The notes under the pieces are model-generated. The model saw only the letters and a program-made list of their open reading frames with translations. It did no database searches and was not told the origin of the DNA. A stretch of 20,000 nucleotides of DNA from an uncultured virus (IMG/VR IMGVR_UViG_3300009008_000030) (taxonomy: Duplodnaviria; Heunggongvirae; Uroviricota; Caudoviricetes): the IMG/VR virus record IMGVR_UViG_3300009008_000030; one strand, written 5' to 3'. A program made the position numbers and the translations under genes. Shown piece after piece: positions 7,957-14,873 of this stretch (within the stretch, counting starts at the first letter, position 1; every line of letters starts with the position of its first letter).

Positions 7957-8333
7957 GTTCCCCCATGCGCGAGCTAGGCCGGGCTGCCTTGATCAGCGGA
8001 CTCTCTGAGAGGCTCAAAGGAACGTCCTGGGGAGAGCCAGAAATGGCAGGGGTGGTCAACACCTACCTCATCAACCTGGGGCGCACTGCCAGCATGGCGA
8101 TCTTCGTGCGCCTCTCCCCCCTGGTAGACATGGGGCTCGACGTAGCAGATGGAGCCACAGCAGCAGCACAGCTAGTGGCAGTGCAGGCGTTGCCCCAAGA
8201 TGAGTTCTTCTCGGTGGTGAGCGAAGCCTGGGAGCAAGCCAATGGAGAGCCTCCCCCCGAGACGCAGGGCTATCGCAACTTCCTGGGAGAGTCTATCCTC
8301 GACGCTCTGCGTCGATTGAAAAGGAGTGGATGA
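7953..8333 (+). CDS. Hypothetical protein
   Basis: 126 aa, GAGGA upstream, ATGA overlaps at both ends. Confidence 0.65.
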   Translation: MSSPMRELGRAALISGLSERLKGTSWGEPEMAGVVNTYLINLGRTASMAIFVRLSPLVDMGLDVADGATAAAQLVAVQALPQDEFFSVVSEAWEQANGEPPPETQGYRNFLGESILDALRRLKRSG

Positions 8334-8533
8334 TGGGTAAAAAGAGATCTCGCGGAATCGAAATCCCCGCTGGAAAGAGCGTTGTGTTGTTCAATGACGA
8401 CGGAAGTACCAAGGTCCCTGACCTCAGTGGAAACCGTGCCTCGCGCCGCAGAGCTACCAGGGCACACGACAAAGAGGTTCAAGCCTTCCTGAGAAAGCAG
8501 CAGGAAGATGGAAAGAAGATACGCAACGACTAG
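8330..8533 (+). CDS. Small basic hypothetical protein
   Basis: 67 aa, AAGGAG RBS, K/R-rich (GNRASRRRA). Confidence 0.6.
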   Translation: MMGKKRSRGIEIPAGKSVVLFNDDGSTKVPDLSGNRASRRRATRAHDKEVQAFLRKQQEDGKKIRND

Positions 8534-8892
8534 AGTTCGTATCCTGCTTCTGAGAGCTTCTGCAAGGCATCCTCGGCCCCATAGCCCACCAGGGGTCTCC
8601 ATCCCCTTTGCTCCAGGGCGCTGAGCCACTCTCTCTGGGCCTCTGAGACGCTAGAGGGCCTAGACCCTTCCCTTTTCATTTCCAGGGCCACCCCGGCGCT
8701 CTGAGGCGCTTGTGGAGGGGGGTCAAAGATGAGCAGGTCAGGCACTCCGGCCTGTACACCTGAGCGTTTCAAGAGCGCCCCCTCTTTTCGATCTCGACGC
8801 CCCCCATTCGGCACCGCTGCAAACAGCACCCCGGCGGCTCGCAGCTTACCCACTACGATCATCTGCTCGCTCAACTCGCTCGGGGAACCCAC
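8530..8892 (-). CDS. VRR-NUC domain (PD-(D/E)xK) nuclease
   Basis: AVPNGGRR, GVQAGVPDLLI, VALEMKR and SEAQREWLSALEQRGW form the typical phage VRR-NUC motif series. Confidence 0.9.
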   Translation of the reverse strand: MGSPSELSEQMIVVGKLRAAGVLFAAVPNGGRRDRKEGALLKRSGVQAGVPDLLIFDPPPQAPQSAGVALEMKREGSRPSSVSEAQREWLSALEQRGWRPLVGYGAEDALQKLSEAGYEL

Positions 8893-8960
8893 TGAGGTGG
8901 TCTACCTCGACAAGATCAGGTCTGTCAAGTCCCTAAAATCAGGAGATAAGTGCTGTTTTG

Positions 8961-9214
8961 GTGTAGTTAGAGTGTAGTTAGTGAATCTAGGTAAATACCC
9001 TAAATTACTATAGAAATGTAGTTTAGTGTAGTTAGTGTAGTTAAGTCTGGTAACTCCTACTAGATTTACTCTTGACATACCTTGGTTATTCCCATGACAT
9101 TCCCTTGACATGCGTTTTGTATTAGTGGAGGTATTGGCGACAAACTACACTAACTACACTAGATTATTTTTTCTGAGTGATTTCAACCACTTGGTAGTGT
9201 AGTTTAGTGTAGTT
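8961..9214. repeat. AT-rich region with direct and inverted GTGTAGTT repeats; candidate replication origin
   Basis: GTGTAGTT at 8961, 8972, 9026, 9035, 9197 and 9207. Its reverse complement AACTACAC at 9143 and 9152. One near copy ATGTAGTT at 9016. TGACAT occurs three times within 9072-9111. Clearly more AT-rich than the rest of the window. Confidence 0.75.
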
Positions 9215-9267
9215 ACGGGGAAAGCTACCAATGGCTAGTACAAGATTCGCTGCATGGGGTAAAAGAG

Positions 9268-9456
9268 GTGTCTGAGTTTGGCAGGTGCAGGATGCGGCGT
9301 AGCTTCAAGATGGTGACGAGGCGAAAGGGGTACGGGAAAGAGGGCCGAGTTGCGTCTTGTCCTCCCCCTCCCAACACCTTGGCCATGACCCCCAGGAAGG
9401 CGGCGATGGAGGCACCTCAGATCGTGCAGTACCCCAAAGAGGGCAAGAAGCTGTGA
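9268..9456 (+). CDS. Small basic hypothetical protein
   Basis: 62 aa. Its TGA overlaps the GTG of the next gene (GTGA at 9453-9456). Start codon uncertain. Confidence 0.45.
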   Translation: MSEFGRCRMRRSFKMVTRRKGYGKEGRVASCPPPPNTLAMTPRKAAMEAPQIVQYPKEGKKL

Positions 9457-10133
9457 AGGACGCTGCGCCCTACCTCAGTGTGGCGGTAGCCGCCACAGGA
9501 GCGTTCACCGAGGACTATGAGCCGACCTTGCTTGAGATCGGGGTGGTGTTGGTCACTCCTAGCAAGGGCAAGCTCGGTCTCTCCGACACAGGCCAGTTTC
9601 ACGCCCTGATTCGCCAACCAGAGGACGTACTTAGCGGCGCACAGTTCAAGCAAGCGGTGCAGTTCCACGGCATCACTCCTGACATGACCATGACGATGGG
9701 AGAGGACGAAGCCGACATTCAACTCTCCCTAGAAATGTGGCGCACTAACCTCCAGCAGATCTTGCTCGACTCCGAGAAGCCACTCGCTCCCTGGAGAGCC
9801 TTCGACCGAGAGTTCGTCTCTCGTGTCCTCGACTCCACTCTCTGGCTCAATGCCCTCGGTGACTACGCCTCCCCAGGACCCTGCGTGATGAAGGAAGCCG
9901 CACACGTCCTGGGAGCCGCTGGAGAGCTTTCTGCGCGTCCAGACGGCACCTATCCGGCCTTGACCCTTACCAGGGCCGCACAGTGGCTCCAGGGACGAGG
10001 CTACGCGCTCCCACAGGTCACAGGCAGGGCGCTACGCATGGCGCAAGTGGGCGGGGCGCTCTCATTGGCCTTGGCCAAAGAGCATGAGAAGTTGCTGGAG
10101 TCGGGTCTTATCCCCGCATGTGGTCGATCTTGA
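9453..10133 (+). CDS. DEDDh (DnaQ-like) 3'-5' exonuclease fold, apparently inactivated
   Basis: YLSVAVAATG (ExoI DxE replaced by AxA), LLEIGVVLV, FHALIRQP, AVQFHGIT, AFDREFV (ExoII), GRALRMA (cf. ExoIII HRAxxDA). Start moved from 9357 to GTG 9453 because of the GTGA overlap. Confidence 0.75.
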   Translation: MKDAAPYLSVAVAATGAFTEDYEPTLLEIGVVLVTPSKGKLGLSDTGQFHALIRQPEDVLSGAQFKQAVQFHGITPDMTMTMGEDEADIQLSLEMWRTNLQQILLDSEKPLAPWRAFDREFVSRVLDSTLWLNALGDYASPGPCVMKEAAHVLGAAGELSARPDGTYPALTLTRAAQWLQGRGYALPQVTGRALRMAQVGGALSLALAKEHEKLLESGLIPACGRS

Positions 10134-10458
10134 TCGACAGTTTCTCGATGGTCGTGCCTAGATGATTGATCGCAGTGATGAGCCGCCCCGGCGAGCCGTA
10201 GACCAGGGGCGCTCCGCTCTCAGGGTCAGTCTGCGTTAAGATCACAGCCATTTGCTGCGTCGAAGTTGCTAGCCCCACCATCTGTTCTTCGACGCGCTCC
10301 AGGCGTTGGTCAGCGGTGCCACAGACTTCTTCAATGGAGGTTCTTCCTTCGGATCGAGCCCGCTGCCTCTCTTTGATGTAGGGCAACACGGTCTGCAAGA
10401 CGAGCAGGGCGAAGATCCCCCCTACCCCTAGCTCCATGATGTAGGCGCTCAGGTCCAT
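10108..10458 (-). CDS. Holin-like single-TM protein
   Basis: 116 aa. N-terminal TM (LGVGGIFALLVLQTVLPYI), then basic residues and a coiled-coil-like segment. Two genes downstream of the amidase. Confidence 0.5.
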   Translation of the reverse strand: MDLSAYIMELGVGGIFALLVLQTVLPYIKERQRARSEGRTSIEEVCGTADQRLERVEEQMVGLATSTQQMAVILTQTDPESGAPLVYGSPGRLITAINHLGTTIEKLSIKIDHMRG

Positions 10459-10460
10459 CT

Positions 10461-11021
10461 TTATTCTCGGAACAGCCAGCGGCTCAGCAGCAAAGTACCC
10501 ACCACAGCCCCACCGACAAGAAGCATCGTACCGCCAACAGCCCCACCGACAACGAGGGGGGTAAAGAGACCTGCGGCAGTGTCGGGCACCTCCTGCAACC
10601 CAGCAGGGAGATCTTCGGGTAGTACCTCAGAAGGACGGAGCAAAGCGACCTCCTGTTTATGGGAGGTAGTAGGACCAAAGGCTTGCTCGATAAGTGGGCG
10701 CACCTGATGCCAGGGGCGCATGGTTCTTACCGAGACCAGCGTAGTGGTCGATCCGCTAGTCGGAGGCAGGGCATACGGGACTGCCTCGTAAGGATGGGTG
10801 GAGAAGATTCCCCGGAGTCGGGCAAGAACTACCTCTGGTGCCACAGACCCAGCTTCGATCTTGAATTGATGGGAGCGAAGGCCCCGTACAGAGATAGAAG
10901 GACGCTCGGGGCTGCTCATCGACTCCGCAGCAACGCCAGGGTCGAGGACTTGCGAGACAACGCTAACACCTTCCTCTCCATACTGAGGTTGGCCAAAAGC
11001 TCGATACCATCGTTCGCTCAT
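10461..11021 (-). CDS. Hypothetical protein with C-terminal membrane anchor
   Basis: 186 aa, ATGA overlap with the amidase stop. Hydrophobic tail LVVGGAVGGTMLLVGGAVVGTLLLSRW. Confidence 0.7.
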   Translation of the reverse strand: MSERWYRAFGQPQYGEEGVSVVSQVLDPGVAAESMSSPERPSISVRGLRSHQFKIEAGSVAPEVVLARLRGIFSTHPYEAVPYALPPTSGSTTTLVSVRTMRPWHQVRPLIEQAFGPTTSHKQEVALLRPSEVLPEDLPAGLQEVPDTAAGLFTPLVVGGAVGGTMLLVGGAVVGTLLLSRWLFRE

Positions 11022-11863
11022 CCTACTTCTCCCTTGTCCTGTAAGCTCTTGTGCATAGCCCTAGCGGTGAATACGGTCCAGTAGCCGTCCACCCCGATCC
11101 CTTGATCTTGCTGGAAGTCCTCTAGGGCGCTACTGCTGAGCCTACCCCAATCGCCGTCTGCACCCCAGCGGCCAAGGTCATAACCAGCGTCAATAAGCGC
11201 CTGCTGGCGCTGCTCCACCGTCTGGTAAGGCGTCCACACATCGACTGTGGTGCCCTCGCCGTAGATGCCGTCGAGGACATGGACCCACGGAAAGCCCAGC
11301 ACATCGACCTTGCGGCCAGGGCAAACGTCGGCGTGGCCGTGGTGATCTTCGGCGGTCAGGTAGGGGAACGCTCCCTGGATGAAACCACCCAGCGAGATCA
11401 TCATGCGAATCTGCTCAACGGGCCACGGCGGTATCAAGTAGGTGTGGCGTCCATCGTAGCTCGCCCACTCTGTCCACCCCTTCTTGGCCTTGACCCCGCG
11501 CCTCGCGTAGCCGATGTGAACGGTCTCGACGCCGATGGTGGTGCGACTGGCCTTGTTCTTGGCCGTGACCGCATCGCGTCCGTCCCAGGTCAAGGTCTGA
11601 CCTGCGCCTGCGTGCCATGACCGATTCGACATGCCAACGTAGCGGTCGATGCCTTCGTCCCAGTTCCGTCCTACCCCGAAGTGAGCCGATGCCTTGCCTT
11701 TGCGAAGTGCATCAGGCCCACCCAAAATCCTACGGCAAGTCTCCAGATCCCAGGTCGCCGTCCAGTGCCAAGTGACACCCTTGGGGTAGGGGAAAGCTCG
11801 CGTCCAGTTCTTGCTGACCGCTTGCCCCCGCTCGACGGGGATAAGGTGATCGTTGAACTTCAC
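11018..11863 (-). CDS. N-acetylmuramoyl-L-alanine amidase (Amidase_2 type) endolysin with C-terminal peptidoglycan-binding domain
   Basis: GVTWHWTA, ASAHFGV, SWHAG, TIGVE, HGHADVCPGRKVD, then a PG_binding_1-like QQALIDAGY...ADGDWG..S..ALEDFQQDQGIGVDG. Confidence 0.9.
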   Translation of the reverse strand: MKFNDHLIPVERGQAVSKNWTRAFPYPKGVTWHWTATWDLETCRRILGGPDALRKGKASAHFGVGRNWDEGIDRYVGMSNRSWHAGAGQTLTWDGRDAVTAKNKASRTTIGVETVHIGYARRGVKAKKGWTEWASYDGRHTYLIPPWPVEQIRMMISLGGFIQGAFPYLTAEDHHGHADVCPGRKVDVLGFPWVHVLDGIYGEGTTVDVWTPYQTVEQRQQALIDAGYDLGRWGADGDWGRLSSSALEDFQQDQGIGVDGYWTVFTARAMHKSLQDKGEVG

Positions 11864-12849
11864 GAGATAGCCTCATAGATGGTTCTCAGTCCAGATTCGC
11901 CAATGTCGGAACTAAAGATCCCGTGAGCCGCCCAGGCCGTGTTGAGAACGACTGATCCAGAGGTGCTCCCATACGCCATTCGCAAACCGTCGCGCAGGTT
12001 GCTGCTCATCGTGGGAGGGACTGCTGAGAAGGGAGATTGGTCTACGCCCCACGAAGAGCCGATCTTTTGCAGATAGCTGTAACTTGCCGTGACCGCTGAG
12101 CTTCCGTTCCCCACATTCCTCCATCCCCAAAAAACCCAGTGCCCCACCTGATCTGTGGCTGCGGCTGTGGAGAACCCCGAAGTGCCGAAGTTGAAGTTGG
12201 TGCCTCCGTCACTGTGAGAGGCCCACATGCCCGCTTGGGTGGGTGGAGGCCACGTCTGGGTGTAGGCGTGAAGCAACATGGGACCAGCAGAGCCGGTGGG
12301 AGCGGCTGCGGTGCCCTGATACTGAACCAACTCAAAGCGTTGCCAAAAGGAGGGCATGTAGTAGATCACGAAGCCGCTTGAGGAGTCATAGATCCCAGAG
12401 AGAGGCGAGATTGTGGATGCGAGGGCCGCGTAGTTCGTCGTGCCTTGTTTGTTAGCCACCACGGTGGCCACATAGTTGGCGAGGCTCGCAACGCTGCCTG
12501 GAGCGCCTGCCCCTGTTTGGACCTCCCAATTATTGTTGGCGTCAAATCGAGCTTCAATATCAGGACGCCCGTTACCCGAAATGTCGGTCATTACGGTCCC
12601 GAGATTCGCAATCCCAGCCACCGGCACGTCCCTGCATGACCAGAATCCGTAGAGAGTTGCTTCGGCCAGCACAGCGGCCTCAAAAGCATCTCCCCCTCCA
12701 CCTCCCCCAGCAGCCCAGAAGTCAGGAGTGCTGAAGGCATCGGAGTTGAAGAGGGGGGTGCTGACGGCAGAGCTTCCCGCGACGGGAGTGCTCATTCCGT
12801 CATCAGTAGGGGTACTGAACCCCGTGATCGTAGGGGTGCTCCAAGCCAC
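11860..12849 (-). CDS. Putative spike/receptor-binding protein with LamG/ConA-like domain
   Basis: STP-repeat N-terminus and a G6 linker, then FEAAVLAEATLYGFWSC...MTDISGNGR, which resembles the start of LamG-like domains. Beta-rich with W/Y/S/T. Confidence 0.55.
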   Translation of the reverse strand: MAWSTPTITGFSTPTDDGMSTPVAGSSAVSTPLFNSDAFSTPDFWAAGGGGGGDAFEAAVLAEATLYGFWSCRDVPVAGIANLGTVMTDISGNGRPDIEARFDANNNWEVQTGAGAPGSVASLANYVATVVANKQGTTNYAALASTISPLSGIYDSSSGFVIYYMPSFWQRFELVQYQGTAAAPTGSAGPMLLHAYTQTWPPPTQAGMWASHSDGGTNFNFGTSGFSTAAATDQVGHWVFWGWRNVGNGSSAVTASYSYLQKIGSSWGVDQSPFSAVPPTMSSNLRDGLRMAYGSTSGSVVLNTAWAAHGIFSSDIGESGLRTIYEAIS

Positions 12850-12851
12850 AA

Positions 12852-13280
12852 CTAAGAAACACTATGGGCGAAGACGATAAAGGTATGAACCTCGTTATCT
12901 GCCGCTGCGTCGAGGGTACTGCGAACAAAGATCGAGGACGTATCCGTAGGAGGGACGGTGAAAGCGCCTAGACCCACATAGGGGATGGCGGCTACGTCGT
13001 TGATGAAGGCCGCTGCGGCTGCGGCTGTGGCTACATGCTCTACTTGATTAAGGGTAAAACCAGTCGCCAGACCAATCTGAGGCTGGATGGTGGTGCCGGT
13101 CCCTGATACAAGCTCAGCCTTGAAGGCTACGATCCTACCAAGGGTGGGACAGCCTTGAAGCTCGTACTCGGTGGCAGCGGCGGCTTCGGTCTCCACGATC
13201 TTGAAGGCCATCCCCTCTCCACCTTCTCCCGCACCGTTGGGAACAACAAAGGGACCAGTAACAACAGCAGCGTAAGCCAT
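12852..13280 (-). CDS. Small beta-rich putative structural protein
   Basis: 142 aa, A/V/T/G-rich with alternating hydrophobic strands, AAGGTG upstream. Sits next to the LamG-like gene. Confidence 0.6.
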   Translation of the reverse strand: MAYAAVVTGPFVVPNGAGEGGEGMAFKIVETEAAAATEYELQGCPTLGRIVAFKAELVSGTGTTIQPQIGLATGFTLNQVEHVATAAAAAAFINDVAAIPYVGLGAFTVPPTDTSSIFVRSTLDAAADNEVHTFIVFAHSVS

Positions 13281-13281
13281 T

Positions 13282-14391
13282 TCATTTCACCTTTCGCACG
13301 AGGCGCAAGAGGGGTTCGTCAGTCACCACTCCTGGGCCAATGGCTTTGTACCATGTTGCGGCTGAGATCGAAGGGTGTCTTGTGTGAAGAAGATCAGCCA
13401 GATGCCGCCCCGCTCGCTTGGGCTGAGTCGCCACCAGCCTCCCAAGCTCAGGAATAGAGAGTCCCGCAGCAGGAGCGAGCTTATTTCGCACCACCTTGAC
13501 ATACTTAGGGTACGTCCCGTGATGACTCATACTCCCCTTGTGAGCTACAGCTTGCGCTACCGCTTCTGTGATTCCTTCGGTAATCCATGAAGCTAGGTCA
13601 CGGTCCACCACTCCTGCGGCATGGACAAGTTCATGGAGCAGGGTCCACTCCTGATTCTGGAGCAGGTAGATCACGTTGTCCTCGCCGTGGAAGCCAGCGG
13701 TCTGCTTAATGTCTTGGTCTTTCCAGCCGTGGCGTTGCATCACCTGAGCCAGATGTCCCTCGTTCACCACCTTGCAGTCTTTGTAGCTCGGGGCCTTACC
13801 CAACATCTGCCGCACGGCGCTAGCCAGCTTCTTGGTGTCGGGGCACGGCTTGTCGGCAGGATTGCGTAGACCCGCCACCGTGGTCTCGACCGGGGAGCGG
13901 CCTGGGTCATGCAGGACCAGCCCATGCGGGGTGCGCCCCAGGTTCTCAGGGCGCAGGTCAGACGGCCTTGCCCCTACGCGCTCCAGCGCCAGGACGGCCT
14001 GACCCACCTGCCTGAGAGGCCCGTAGAGGCCCCTAGAGCGCATCCTACGGCCTTTGAGCCATGACGGGCGGTGCAGATGCAGCCTGCCCTTCGTAGAGAG
14101 CCTCCCGGCGCTCTGGAGGGCTGCGATGCTCATGGGGTCTAGGCCGTGCAGTGACCCCAAGGGCTTCACGTCCTCGCGCACCACGACGGCAGCGCGGTGT
14201 CCGAGGCGAAGATCGTAGATTGCCGGGAGCCCGAGGGGCAGGCGACCCCGCCGTGCCAGGGAGGCAGCGGCGAGCCACGATTGGATCTCTACCGGGTCAT
14301 AGGTGACCTTGTAGACGACCCCTGGTGGTCCTTGAACGACCCCGCCGTTGTTGCCAGAGCCAATGACGCTCCACTGGCTCTTTCTAGCCAC
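13282..14391 (-). CDS. Fusion of a protein-kinase-like domain and a zincin (HExxH...E) metallopeptidase domain
   Basis: N-terminal: IGSGNNGGV (Gly loop), VVYKVT, SDLRPENLG (catalytic loop), LVLHDPG (DFG equivalent). C-terminal: TLLHELVHAAG and WITEGITEAVA. GGAG RBS before the GTG. Confidence 0.75.
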   Translation of the reverse strand: MARKSQWSVIGSGNNGGVVQGPPGVVYKVTYDPVEIQSWLAAASLARRGRLPLGLPAIYDLRLGHRAAVVVREDVKPLGSLHGLDPMSIAALQSAGRLSTKGRLHLHRPSWLKGRRMRSRGLYGPLRQVGQAVLALERVGARPSDLRPENLGRTPHGLVLHDPGRSPVETTVAGLRNPADKPCPDTKKLASAVRQMLGKAPSYKDCKVVNEGHLAQVMQRHGWKDQDIKQTAGFHGEDNVIYLLQNQEWTLLHELVHAAGVVDRDLASWITEGITEAVAQAVAHKGSMSHHGTYPKYVKVVRNKLAPAAGLSIPELGRLVATQPKRAGRHLADLLHTRHPSISAATWYKAIGPGVVTDEPLLRLVRKVK

Positions 14392-14412
14392 GCCAACTCC
14401 TTGTGGTGGGGG

Positions 14413-14709
14413 CTACCGGAGAAGTCGGCTCAGGACCAGACCTGAGATCAAGCCCATCGCAAACACCCGCATTTCTCCCGATGTGATGGTCTTGTTGGCA
14501 TCGGCGTCGAGAAGCTGGTGTTTGGCCTGCTGCCAGAATCCAGGGTGAGCAGGAACGTCCTCTACTACATCGATCTCGGTAAACTCAGGGTCAAAGGAGA
14601 CCTGCTCATTGACCAACTCACCAAGCTGGGTGAGTTGGTCTTTCATTTCTTCGCTAAGGGTATCCAGGGGAGTAGGAAGTTCCTGTGGAGCTTGCCCGTA
14701 GTAACTCAT
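14413..14709 (-). CDS. Small acidic protein with C-terminal TM
   Basis: 98 aa, GGAGG upstream. Begins MSYYGQ and ends VFAMGLISGLVLSRLLR. Confidence 0.7.
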   Translation of the reverse strand: MSYYGQAPQELPTPLDTLSEEMKDQLTQLGELVNEQVSFDPEFTEIDVVEDVPAHPGFWQQAKHQLLDADANKTITSGEMRVFAMGLISGLVLSRLLR

Positions 14710-14710
14710 G

Positions 14711-14857
14711 TCAGCCTCCGCAGCCGCAGTCGTGGTTAGAGCTTCCAGCGGGAAGGTAGCCGTAATTGGCCTGCCCCTCGCGCTTACTCCACCACCACCA
14801 GCCGCCGCCTAACGCGGCGAGCAAAGCCAGGGTTTTTCCAGAAAAGAAGTTATCCAT
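14711..14857 (-). CDS. 48-aa membrane microprotein (not in the ORF track)
   Basis: Translated by hand: MDNFFSGKTLALLAALGGGWWWWSKREGQANYGYLPAGSSNHDCGCGG. GGAG RBS; fills the intergenic gap, with its stop 1 nt before the next ATG. Confidence 0.75.
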   Translation of the reverse strand: MDNFFSGKTLALLAALGGGWWWWSKREGQANYGYLPAGSSNHDCGCGG

Positions 14858-14873
14858 CGTGTCAGTTCTCCAG

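Noticed and set aside
8902..9111. 69-aa and 82-aa ORFs across the AT-rich repeats
   Set aside because: Their sequence simply mirrors the repeats (NYTNYT) and nothing else supports coding.
9072..9135. Sigma70 promoters from the two perfect TTGACA hexamers
   Set aside because: No convincing TAnnnT box 16-18 bp downstream of either, so they are kept only as part of the repeat region.
8961..9214. CRISPR array or telomere-like repeat interpretation of the GTGTAGTT repeats
   Set aside because: The units are only 8-10 bp, irregularly spaced, in both orientations, with no unique 30-40 bp spacers and no cas genes.
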